A stretch of 64,000 bases of DNA. Origin: Candidatus Pacearchaeota archaeon (GTDB lineage Archaea; Nanobdellota; Nanobdellia; Pacearchaeales; GW2011-AR1). Position numbers and translations under genes: made by a program. The notes beneath the pieces are model-generated. The model ran no database searches and had not been told where the DNA came from. It saw only the letters and a program-made list of their open reading frames with translations. Each line of letters begins with the position of its first letter. The first letter of the stretch is position 1. The DNA is taken from the NCBI GenBank assembly GCA_018304985.1, contig JAGVWP010000001.1:3913-67912 (forward strand). Reading direction: 5' to 3'. This document shows, one piece after another, positions 1-9,249 of this stretch.

Positions 1-2
1 TA

Positions 3-932
3 AAAAGAGCTAAAAAAGCAGAGTTAACAGGCAGGGATATAAACAAAATCTCAAAAGAAATAGTTGCAGAAGCTGGAGGCATTACAGTTATTCTTGGATT
101 TGTCCTTGGAGTTTTAATATATGTTGCTATAAAAACGTTTTATTTTAAATCTACAGATAATTTAATTGAGATATTTGCCTTAATCTGCACAATAATCCTG
201 GTTTCATTTATAGGAATGATTGATGATATATTAGGTTGGAAAATTGGGCTTGGCAAAAAAACAAGAATTTTTTTAGTTTTATTTGCATCAATTCCATTGA
301 TAGTTATTAATGCAGGAAATCCTGGAATTTCTATTCCTATTCTTGGAAAGATTAATATTGGGATAATTTACCCTCTAATATTAATTCCACTTGGCATTAT
401 AGGCGCTTCAACAACATTTAATTTCTTAGCAGGATATAATGGTCTTGAAGCAGGACAGGGCATAATTCTCTTGTCAACACTTGCAATTTTTTCTGCAGTA
501 ACTGGAACAACATGGCTTAGCTTAATTGCATTATGCATGATTGCTTCATTAGTTGCATTTTTGCATTATAATAAATATCCTGCAAAAATTTTTCCTGGAG
601 ATGTTCTGACTTATTCAGTTGGAGCGCTGATTGCAATAATGGCTATACTTGGAAATTATGAGCTTTTTGTATTATTTATTTTTCTACCTTATATTTTAGA
701 GGTTGGATTAAAGTTAAGAGGAAAGTTAAAAAAGGAATCATTTGCAATGCCTCAAAAAGACGGTTCAATAAAAAATAAATATAATAAATTTTACAGCCTT
801 GTTCATGTTGCAATAAAACTTCTGGAAAAAATCAAAAAAAGCAGAAAGGCTTACGAATGGGAAGTTGTTCTTCTTATCTATCTTTTCCAAATCATTATGG
901 TATTACTGGGTTTTTTTATATTTTTATACTAA
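3..932 (+). CDS. UDP-GlcNAc:dolichol-phosphate GlcNAc-1-P transferase (AglH/GPT, MraY-like), 5' truncated by window
   Basis: The frame is open from nt 3 (..LTGRDINKISKEIVAEAGGI..). Motifs GMIDD, NFLAGYNGLEAG and YPAKIFPGD; multi-TM. Confidence 0.85.
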   Translation, partial: KRAKKAELTGRDINKISKEIVAEAGGITVILGFVLGVLIYVAIKTFYFKSTDNLIEIFALICTIILVSFIGMIDDILGWKIGLGKKTRIFLVLFASIPLIVINAGNPGISIPILGKINIGIIYPLILIPLGIIGASTTFNFLAGYNGLEAGQGIILLSTLAIFSAVTGTTWLSLIALCMIASLVAFLHYNKYPAKIFPGDVLTYSVGALIAIMAILGNYELFVLFIFLPYILEVGLKLRGKLKKESFAMPQKDGSIKNKYNKFYSLVHVAIKLLEKIKKSRKAYEWEVVLLIYLFQIIMVLLGFFIFLY

Positions 933-944
933 TATGCTAAAAAT

Positions 945-970
945 AAACCTTTTAGAAAGGTTTCCAAACC
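945..970. repeat. Intergenic hairpin repeat family B copy
   Basis: aaacctttt-ag-aaaggtttccaaa resembles gaacctttaaaaaaggttcccaaaa at 30478, 46575 and 48951. Confidence 0.55.
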
Positions 971-980
971 TTAAAGAAAA

Positions 981-2243
981 ATGACAATAAAACGAATATT
1001 ATCCAATGAGTTGATTAAGGGAAGCATAATTCTTTCTATAATGTTTAATATTTTTAATTTTTTAAACTTCCTTTTTCAGTTTTTTATGGCAAGGCTTTTG
1101 GGTCCTGCAGATTATAGTGTACTTGCCGTTTTGATGGCTTTTCTTTATTTTGTGGCAATTCCTTCTGAAAGCATTCAAACGCTTATGACTAAATATTCAG
1201 CGAAATTTAACTCTCAAAGAAAAATTGGAGAGATAAATTACTTATTAAAAAGGGTTTTTTCAAAGGGATTATTAATTGCACTGGGAGTTTTTATAATTTC
1301 AATACCATTTACATATGCTTTTTCATATTTTCTTGGAATTAATTTTCTTGTTTTTTTACTAACCTCTTTAATGATTTTTTCAATACCTCTTCTTCCAGCT
1401 TCAAGGGGAGTTATGCAAGGAATAAAGAAATTTAATACTCTTGGATTCAATATGGTATCTGAAGCAACAATAAAATTAGCCATATCAATCGGCTTGGTAT
1501 TTATCGGATTTGGGGTGTATGGAGCAATGATAGGAGTAATTCTAGGAACAATTAGCGCTTTTGCCTTATCTTTAATACCATTGAAAAGAATTATCAATTC
1601 AAAAAAAGAGGCTGTTAACACTTCAAAAATATATTCCTACAGCATGCCCATATTATTTTCTCTTTTAGCTGTTTTTCTTGTTCAAAGCATTGACGTAATT
1701 CTTGCAAAAAGATTTTTTGATCCAGTTATAGCAGGGCAATACGCGGTTGTCAATCTTGCTGGAAAAATAATATTTTTTGCAACAGTTGCTATAAGCAAAA
1801 CAATGCTTCCGCTTTCATCTGAGAATTTTGAAAATAATAATGAATATAATACAAAAAAAATATTTTACAGGGCTTTAATAATGGTTGTTGGAATATGCCT
1901 TATTATCTCAGCGATTTATGCTCTTTTTCCTTCAAAAATAATCCAGTTATTATTTGGAAGCCAGTATATTGATGCTTCGCATATTCTTTTAAATATGAGT
2001 CTTGCATTTACCTTTATTTCCTTAGCCAATATTATATTAATTTACGGAATATCCATCAATAAATCAGTCAAGCTTAGCTTTCTTATTATATTTGTAGTTA
2101 TAGAAATAGGCCTATTATGGGGATTTCATCAAAATATTTATATGTATTCTCTTGCAATGATTGCTTCAAGCCTTTTGCTTTTGATTGGAAGTTTATTTGT
2201 TTTACTAAGAAAAAATAGTAATTTTACTATATCTCAGTATTAA
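981..2243 (+). CDS. Oligosaccharide flippase (Wzx/MOP family)
   Basis: About 12 TM segments; ARLLGPADY and D..LAK.FF....AGQY patterns; glycan cluster context. Confidence 0.85.
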   Translation: MTIKRILSNELIKGSIILSIMFNIFNFLNFLFQFFMARLLGPADYSVLAVLMAFLYFVAIPSESIQTLMTKYSAKFNSQRKIGEINYLLKRVFSKGLLIALGVFIISIPFTYAFSYFLGINFLVFLLTSLMIFSIPLLPASRGVMQGIKKFNTLGFNMVSEATIKLAISIGLVFIGFGVYGAMIGVILGTISAFALSLIPLKRIINSKKEAVNTSKIYSYSMPILFSLLAVFLVQSIDVILAKRFFDPVIAGQYAVVNLAGKIIFFATVAISKTMLPLSSENFENNNEYNTKKIFYRALIMVVGICLIISAIYALFPSKIIQLLFGSQYIDASHILLNMSLAFTFISLANIILIYGISINKSVKLSFLIIFVVIEIGLLWGFHQNIYMYSLAMIASSLLLLIGSLFVLLRKNSNFTISQY

Positions 2244-2291
2244 CATTTTGAGTATAAAAATGTTTAAATGCCTTTTATACTGCGATAATTC

Positions 2292-3089
2292 ATGCTAAGC
2301 ATAATAATTCCTGCGCATAATGAAGAAAAAAGGATAGGACCAACACTTGAAGTGTATGGAAAATTCTTTTCTGATATAGAAAAAAAACAAGGATTAAGGC
2401 ATGAGATAATTATTGTGTTAAATGCCTGTAAAGACAATACTATTGATATTGTTAAAGAATATTCCAGGAAATACAAGAAAATAAGCTATATTGAGTTTGT
2501 TCAGGGCGGGAAAGGATTTGCGGTAACAGAGGGTTTTAAGCATTCTCTTAGAATAAATAATGAAGCTAGCAATTTAATAGGCTTTGTTGATGCAGATATG
2601 GCAACATCTCCAAGTGATTTTTATCAGCTTGCAGGCAATATTGGCAATTATGATGGAATTATAGCAAGCAGGTGGATGAAAAAATCAGTAATAGACACTC
2701 CGCAAACTTTTTTAAGAAAACTGACAAGCAGAGGATTTAATTTTATTACAAGAGTTTTATTTTTTATGCCATATAAAGACACTCAATGCGGGGCCAAGAT
2801 ATTTAAAAGAAATGTAATAGAAATTATAACTCCAAAAATAAATATAACTCAATGGGCATTTGATATAAATCTTCTCTATTTATGCAAAAGAAATAATTTC
2901 AGAATAAAAGAGCATCCAACAGTATGGAATGACAAATCTGGATCAAAAATAAATCTTGTTCAGACACCTATGAAAATGTTTCTTGGAGTTTTAAGACTAA
3001 GGATTTTATACTCTCCATTAAATTTTATAGTCAGGTTTTATAATAAAATACCTGAAGTGGCTAAGATACATCATAAATTAACTGGATGA
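2292..3089 (+). CDS. GT2 glycosyltransferase (dolichyl-phosphate glucosyltransferase-like)
   Basis: LSIIIPAHNEE, GKGFAV, FVDADM and DTQCGAKIF motifs. Confidence 0.88.
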   Translation: MLSIIIPAHNEEKRIGPTLEVYGKFFSDIEKKQGLRHEIIIVLNACKDNTIDIVKEYSRKYKKISYIEFVQGGKGFAVTEGFKHSLRINNEASNLIGFVDADMATSPSDFYQLAGNIGNYDGIIASRWMKKSVIDTPQTFLRKLTSRGFNFITRVLFFMPYKDTQCGAKIFKRNVIEIITPKINITQWAFDINLLYLCKRNNFRIKEHPTVWNDKSGSKINLVQTPMKMFLGVLRLRILYSPLNFIVRFYNKIPEVAKIHHKLTG

Positions 3090-3101
3090 AGAAAAATAAA
3101 A

Positions 3102-4133
3102 ATGGCAAAAGCAGATATTCTTATAGTGCATTTAAATGGGGAAGATATAATAAAACAGTGTTTAGGCTCTATTAAGAAAAATACAAAGGATGCAGATATT
3201 TATCTTCTTCTTAATAATAGCCAGGACAAGAGTGAAAATATTGTCAGAAAAAAATTTCCAAAAGTAAAAATATACAAAACAGATAAAACAATAGGATTTG
3301 CAGAATCATGCAATATTCTTGCAAAAGAAGCAAAATCCAGATATCTTATTTTTCTTAATAATGATACTATTGTTGGAAAAAACTGGCTTGATGAAATGAT
3401 CAAAACAGTGGAAAAGCATAAGAATTGTGTTGCATGCCAGCCAAAAATAAAATCTTTTTTTCATAAAGAGGATTTTGAATATGCGGGAGCTGCAGGAGGT
3501 TTTATTGATAGATATGGGTATCCATTTTGCAGGGGGAGAATCTTTAATATTATTGAAAAAGATAAAGGACAGTATAATGATGAAATGAGAATATTTTGGG
3601 GTTGTGGGGTTTGTTTACTGGTAAATAGAAATTTTTTTCTAAAATCCGGCGGATTTGATGAAGATTTTTTTATGTATGCTGAAGAACTTGATTTCTGCTG
3701 GAGAACAAATCTTTATAGTAAGGAAATATGGTTTGCTCCAAAATCAGAAATTTATCACATTGGAAGCTATACAACCAAACAATCTAATTTAAGTATTAAA
3801 AATGCAAAAAAAGACTATTTTATAACAAGAAATCATCTGCTTGCACTAATAAAAAATTATTCATTCATAGAATTAACAAAAATATTGCCTTTGAGAATAT
3901 TTTTTGAAATAGTTGCAGCAATAAGATTTGCGCCTATTAGGACGCTTTCATTTGCTAAAATATTTATTTCTATGCCTTGGATTTATATTTCTAAATTCCA
4001 TAAAAAAAGGTCTTTTATTCAGAAAAACAGAAAAGCAAGCGATAATAAATTAAAATCATTAATAAGCAAAAAAAGCATTGTTGTAGAGCATTTTTTAAAA
4101 GGAAAAGATAAATTTAACGAGATTTTCAATTAA
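3102..4133 (+). CDS. GT2 glycosyltransferase
   Basis: FLNNDT, AGAAGGFIDRYGYPFCRGR and GGFDEDFFMYAEELDFCWR motifs. Confidence 0.88.
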   Translation: MAKADILIVHLNGEDIIKQCLGSIKKNTKDADIYLLLNNSQDKSENIVRKKFPKVKIYKTDKTIGFAESCNILAKEAKSRYLIFLNNDTIVGKNWLDEMIKTVEKHKNCVACQPKIKSFFHKEDFEYAGAAGGFIDRYGYPFCRGRIFNIIEKDKGQYNDEMRIFWGCGVCLLVNRNFFLKSGGFDEDFFMYAEELDFCWRTNLYSKEIWFAPKSEIYHIGSYTTKQSNLSIKNAKKDYFITRNHLLALIKNYSFIELTKILPLRIFFEIVAAIRFAPIRTLSFAKIFISMPWIYISKFHKKRSFIQKNRKASDNKLKSLISKKSIVVEHFLKGKDKFNEIFN

Positions 4134-4134
4134 T

Positions 4135-5145
4135 ATGATAAAAAATAAAATAAGCATTGCAATACCTGTATTAAATGAGGGAAGAAATATTGGAAAATGC
4201 TTAAGCATAATTTATAATCAGAATTATAATAAAAAACTTATAGAAGTAATTATTGTTGATGCGGGTTCAACTGACAGAACCATGGAAATTGTAAAGAAAT
4301 TCAGTAAATATGGAGTTAAAATATTAGATAATAGCCTAAAAAAAGATTATGATACCGGAAAAATGATTGCTTTAAAGAAAGCTGCAGGAGAATTTTTCAT
4401 GTATCTTGATGCAGATATGTTTCTTGATTCAAATAACTGGATTAAAAAAATGATTGTTCCATTTTCCAATAAAAATATAAGTGCCACATTCACGAAATTC
4501 GTAGTTAAGATTAATGATAATGCATTAAACAGGTATTTATCATATGACTCGCTTCAGAGAGATCCGCTTTACAAATTCCTCACTCCTGGAATAGAATCTG
4601 TAATTGTTAAAAAAGAAGATAGTTTTTATTTATGCAAGCTTAGACTTAATAATCCCCCTCCAATAGGGCTTTGTCTTTATAGAACTGAATTATTAAAGAG
4701 ATTTTTTAAGGGGGATAGATTCCAGGATCTTGAGGTTCCCCTTAAATTACTTATTGAGGGTTATGGGTATTTTGCTTACATTCCCAATACTGGAGTGCAT
4801 CACGCTCATGTAAATAATATTAAACACTTGATTAAGAAAAGAATGAGAAATATTAATATTATGAATGATAATACAAGAGGGTATATACCTGATTATGAAA
4901 AAAGGCTTTTCAAATGGGTGGATTTTACAAAGAAATCTAGCATATTAAAGATTGGTTTATGGGTTATTTATGCAAATTTACTTATTCCCCTATTTATTTC
5001 AGGCATTTACAAAATGCTTAAATATAAGGATGGTTGTTTTATGCTTGAACCAGTAGTTGGACTGGCAGTTACTGATTCTGTGCTATGGAGTTTTATTAAA
5101 AACAGGCAAGGGTTAAAGATAATATCTGGGACAAAAAATAAATAG
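4135..5145 (+). CDS. GT2 glycosyltransferase
   Basis: IAIPVLNE, VDAGSTDRT and YLDAD motifs. Confidence 0.85.
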   Translation: MIKNKISIAIPVLNEGRNIGKCLSIIYNQNYNKKLIEVIIVDAGSTDRTMEIVKKFSKYGVKILDNSLKKDYDTGKMIALKKAAGEFFMYLDADMFLDSNNWIKKMIVPFSNKNISATFTKFVVKINDNALNRYLSYDSLQRDPLYKFLTPGIESVIVKKEDSFYLCKLRLNNPPPIGLCLYRTELLKRFFKGDRFQDLEVPLKLLIEGYGYFAYIPNTGVHHAHVNNIKHLIKKRMRNINIMNDNTRGYIPDYEKRLFKWVDFTKKSSILKIGLWVIYANLLIPLFISGIYKMLKYKDGCFMLEPVVGLAVTDSVLWSFIKNRQGLKIISGTKNK

Positions 5146-5157
5146 ATATAAAGAAAA

Positions 5158-5796
5158 ATGAAATACGAATATTATGGCAGGGAGAGAATATGCAGGTCTT
5201 TTATAGACACAAAGATAAATGGAAAAACACTTAATATAGGAGCTGGAGAAATGCTTTGGATAGAAAATGATTTGTTTCCAGGAAACCCAAATTTTATCTC
5301 TTCAGATATAAATAAAAGAAACCTTGGCAAACATAATCTTGCTATAAATAAAATAGTGGCAAACGCTGAGAACCTTCCATTAAAAAACAATGAACTTTCT
5401 CAGCTGATAATTTTAGATGTTTTAGAACATATAAAAAATGATGAAAAGGTTATAAGAGAAATTCATAGAGTATTGAATAGTAATGGGAAACTTGTTATTT
5501 GCGTTCCTAATGATACTTTGCTTAGCTTCATAAATCCGATAAGATATGCTCAGCATGAAAGGCATTATACAATCAAACAAATAACCTCGTTGCTTAAGAA
5601 AAACGGTTTTGCAATTGAAAAAGTGCATGCTGGCGGAAGAATCTTGGATTTAGTGGATTTATACTCTCATTTAATCATTAAATACACAACTGGAAAAAAG
5701 ATTAAATTAAGTTTTCTTAATGGTTTGAGAGATAAAGAATATTCAAATCATATAAACAACGGCAATGAAATTACAGTTCTTGCTAGAAAAATATAA
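5158..5796 (+). CDS. Class I SAM-dependent methyltransferase
   Basis: LNIGAGE, LDVLEHI and RVL...GKLVICVP motifs. Confidence 0.85.
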   Translation: MKYEYYGRERICRSFIDTKINGKTLNIGAGEMLWIENDLFPGNPNFISSDINKRNLGKHNLAINKIVANAENLPLKNNELSQLIILDVLEHIKNDEKVIREIHRVLNSNGKLVICVPNDTLLSFINPIRYAQHERHYTIKQITSLLKKNGFAIEKVHAGGRILDLVDLYSHLIIKYTTGKKIKLSFLNGLRDKEYSNHINNGNEITVLARKI

Positions 5797-5911
5797 CTTA
5801 TTATATTTAATAATTTTTTGAAAACTATACAATCCTAAATTTCTCTTTTATAAGAAATTTAACATTATTTATAATTGATTAAATTAATTAGTTTATTATA
5901 ATTAAGCATCT

Positions 5912-5987
5912 AAAAGGATATGTCATAAAAAGAACCTTAGTATTTTAAGAGGAAGTTATTATAGAAGAAACCTTGGTGTCTTCTATT
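5912..5987 (-). repeat. Intergenic hairpin repeat family A (two units)
   Basis: ggaagttattatagaagaaa (5951-5970) is identical to 29001-29020 and to the reverse complement of 12588-12607. Confidence 0.75.
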
Positions 5988-7602
5988 ACTTATTAACTTT
6001 ATATATCACCACAGCAGGCTGCTGCTGAATTTGGTCGAAGAAAACTATTTTCTGGGGTGTGAGCATAGAACTTAAATTATTATTTGCATAATTTGCGGAT
6101 TCCTGAGTCTGATGCTCGAATGCATGAATTACAATATAATCTGCTTTTTGTACAGATCCTTGAAGATCAGTTATATTCCATACTTCGTATTTCCTTTCTG
6201 AATAATATATTACATAGGGATCAATTCCATCCCCTAAAATAACTGCATCTTTAGGTGTGTTGTCTTTAATCCATAAAAATGCTTCTTTCATCTGAGAGTA
6301 ACTCTGAGCTTTGTTTTTTATCAAATTATTTCCAAAGCTTACATTTGAATAAAGAGCTGTTAAAATAACTAAAATTAAAAATATAATTGCAATATTCTTT
6401 GAATATTTTTTTATTTTATCATAAGCAAAGAAAATACCTGAAGAAGTCATAACTAATATTGATATAAGCGGAAGAATAACATAACGATCTTCAGCAGCCC
6501 GCAACACAAAAATAAAGAATATGAAAGAGAAAATAAAGATTAGAAGAAAGAATAGATTTGATTCCAGTTTCTTTACTTTTAATATAGAATCAAATCCAAG
6601 TACTGTTTCTATAAATATAATGATAAATCCAATTATGAAAAATATCATTAAATTACTTGATAAAATGTTTGAACTAAATGGGTTTATAAAAAATGGACTA
6701 AATCCGAGATAGGGTTTAGGGCTTCCAAAGGTTGAAGCCTGTGGGCTTATATCGTAGGTTATAAAATCCAGTACATAAATAGCTATAGGCTTTCCTTCTG
6801 TACTTTGGGCATAAAGAGATGATGCTGGCAGCAGGCTTCCATAGTTCATTAAGTTAAATATTAAAAATATAATAATTGGCAATACTCCGATAATTCCCCC
6901 TATCCAAAATTGTTTATTTGCTAAGAATTTATGCTTGTGCTTAAGCAATACAAAAACAAGAAAAACAGCCCCTATAATTCCATAAAAATACCTTGTCATT
7001 ATTGCCAGAGATATAAAAAATATCGCCAAAGCAAATTTTTTGGTATTAAAATTCTCGTATGATTTTATAAAAAAGTAAATTGCTAAAAGAGAGAAAAATA
7101 GAGATGGAATATCTGACATTATTCTCATAGTGTAAAATAAATTAATCCATAAAACTGAAAAGATAAAGGATGATAATAAAGCGGTTCTTTTATCATAAAA
7201 CTCTTTAACTATAAGAAAGACAAGATAAACTGATAATATAGATGGAATTATTTCTAATATTAAAAGTATTCCAATATCTGATATGTTTAATTTAAGTAAA
7301 AAAGCCCACATTAATGAAAATAATGGCGGTCTTAGGGCTAACTCGTGAATTATAAATGGGTCATTAGGCCATAAGCCCATGGTTATCTGCTTGGCAATGC
7401 TTCCAAATGCCAAAGAATCCCACCAGTGTGCCTGATCTTTGACAATTGAGAATAAGTAAATTCTTATAATAACTGCCAGAGTTATAATTCCAAACAAAGC
7501 CAGATTATATTTGTCCCTAAGCCATGTTTCCAGCTTTGATTTTTCACTTTTTACATTGGTTTCTTTGCTAGATTCTTTATTAAGCTCTTTTTTATCTTCC
7601 AT
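5986..7602 (-). CDS. GT-C fold membrane glycosyltransferase (ArnT/PMT_2-like)
   Basis: HWWD, RPPL and multi-TM core; C-terminal WIKDNTPKDAVI domain. Confidence 0.8.
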   Translation of the reverse strand: MEDKKELNKESSKETNVKSEKSKLETWLRDKYNLALFGIITLAVIIRIYLFSIVKDQAHWWDSLAFGSIAKQITMGLWPNDPFIIHELALRPPLFSLMWAFLLKLNISDIGILLILEIIPSILSVYLVFLIVKEFYDKRTALLSSFIFSVLWINLFYTMRIMSDIPSLFFSLLAIYFFIKSYENFNTKKFALAIFFISLAIMTRYFYGIIGAVFLVFVLLKHKHKFLANKQFWIGGIIGVLPIIIFLIFNLMNYGSLLPASSLYAQSTEGKPIAIYVLDFITYDISPQASTFGSPKPYLGFSPFFINPFSSNILSSNLMIFFIIGFIIIFIETVLGFDSILKVKKLESNLFFLLIFIFSFIFFIFVLRAAEDRYVILPLISILVMTSSGIFFAYDKIKKYSKNIAIIFLILVILTALYSNVSFGNNLIKNKAQSYSQMKEAFLWIKDNTPKDAVILGDGIDPYVIYYSERKYEVWNITDLQGSVQKADYIVIHAFEHQTQESANYANNNLSSMLTPQKIVFFDQIQQQPAVVIYKVNK

Positions 7603-7684
7603 TAAAAATAGAATTAAAAAGGGTTTTTATTGTTTTGCGTTTGAGAACAATAAAGTTTATAAAAGATTTTTTAATGGATATATA

Positions 7685-9238
7685 ATGAAAGTTTTATATG
7701 CTCATAAACATCATCCTATAGAACCTTTAGGAGTAGCTTATATATCAAGTTCTATAGCAAGAAGTGGGCATGAATCTAAATTAATGCTTACTCCAAGAAA
7801 TATAGATAAAGCGGTTGAGGAAGTATCAAGAGTTATCGATCAGGAGCATCCAGATATTTTTGCTCAAAGCATAATATTTGGAAGCCACAAATATGCTATT
7901 GACTTAAGTAGAAAAGTTAAAGAAAGATATCCAAAAATTATTAGTTTTCTTGGAGGGCCTGCTCCAACATTTACGCCTGGATTAATTTCAAGGGGATTTG
8001 ATGCTATATGTCGTTATGAAGGAGAAAATCCATTTCTAACTTTCTGTAATAATGTTGAATCTGGAGCAGATGTTGGAAACATCCCAAATATATGGGTTAT
8101 GGAAAATCCAGATTTATATAATACAGAAGTAAGAAAAGTAAAAAAAGTCTTAGATAAAAATGATCTAAATTACAAAAAAGAAAGTGGATATGATCCTCAA
8201 AGAAAAATGTTTGTAAATGATACTGGAGTACTTCTTGAAGATGAAACCTTAGAAAATATTCCATTTCCAGATAGAGAATTATTATATGAACATGAAATGT
8301 ATAGAGATAGTGATATAAAACATTATATGTCTACACGAGGTTGTGCATTTAAATGCTCTTATTGCCACGTACATGTTCAAAATGCTGATAATAAAGGAAA
8401 GGGCAGTCCTGTAAGAAGGAGACAGAATGAATCTGTTGCAGAAGAAGTATTAGCAATTAAGAAAAAATTTGGATCTAAAAATGATTATTTTCAGGATGAT
8501 ATTCATGGAGCTTCTTATAAATTAGAGTTTGCTAAAGAGTATGCAGAAGTTATGGCAGGAGTTTCTCAAAATGGGCACTGCCATGTTAGATTTGATCTTA
8601 TTGCCAAGCATCCAGATATCGCTAAATATCTTGCAAAAGCAGGAATTACTGGAGTTCATGTTGCAATAGAATCTGGGGACGATTATATTAGGAATCATGT
8701 TCATAGAAGAGGAATGACTATAGAAGAAATTCTTAAAGGAGCAAAATATTTACATGATAATGGAATAAAGATGATGACCCAAAATATTTTAGGAGCTGCC
8801 GGAGAAACAAAAGAACAAATGTTGAAAACTTTAGAATTAAACATTGCAGTTAGACCCACCTTTGCTTCTGCATCAATCTTCCAACCGTATCCTGGAACTA
8901 GTGCTTTAGAATATGCAAGAGATCATGGAGTTTTACCTTCAAATAGTGAGGATGAATTAATAGACCTTTTTGGAATGGAAACATTTTATAATAAAACTAT
9001 ACTAATTCAAGATCCTCAACATAAAAGATGGTTAGAACTTTTTCAGAAGTTTTTTGCAATTGCTGTCGCAAATCCTCAAATCTATCAATCTGGAGTTTTA
9101 GATAAAATAATTGCCACTTATCCTAAAGGAGAAGAAGCAAATAAAGAGTTGGAGCATATGTATAGATTACATAGAGCTGAAGCTGATGAAAAACTTTATG
9201 GTGTAAAACTTAAAGAGATAGTTATGGAAGAGAATTAA
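7685..9238 (+). CDS. B12-binding radical SAM protein (class B methyltransferase-like); start moved to ATG 7685
   Basis: EPLGVAYISS, GGPAPT and EGE (B12-binding domain); TRGCAFKCSYC (CxxxCxxC); PYPGT. The track start at 7511 overlaps the opposite-strand gene. Confidence 0.85.
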   Translation: MKVLYAHKHHPIEPLGVAYISSSIARSGHESKLMLTPRNIDKAVEEVSRVIDQEHPDIFAQSIIFGSHKYAIDLSRKVKERYPKIISFLGGPAPTFTPGLISRGFDAICRYEGENPFLTFCNNVESGADVGNIPNIWVMENPDLYNTEVRKVKKVLDKNDLNYKKESGYDPQRKMFVNDTGVLLEDETLENIPFPDRELLYEHEMYRDSDIKHYMSTRGCAFKCSYCHVHVQNADNKGKGSPVRRRQNESVAEEVLAIKKKFGSKNDYFQDDIHGASYKLEFAKEYAEVMAGVSQNGHCHVRFDLIAKHPDIAKYLAKAGITGVHVAIESGDDYIRNHVHRRGMTIEEILKGAKYLHDNGIKMMTQNILGAAGETKEQMLKTLELNIAVRPTFASASIFQPYPGTSALEYARDHGVLPSNSEDELIDLFGMETFYNKTILIQDPQHKRWLELFQKFFAIAVANPQIYQSGVLDKIIATYPKGEEANKELEHMYRLHRAEADEKLYGVKLKEIVMEEN

Positions 9239-9249
9239 ATAAAATAATC

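Noticed and set aside
7511-7684. N-terminal extension of the radical SAM ORF
   Set aside because: It overlaps the opposite-strand gene and the divergent promoter; the domain starts at ATG 7685.
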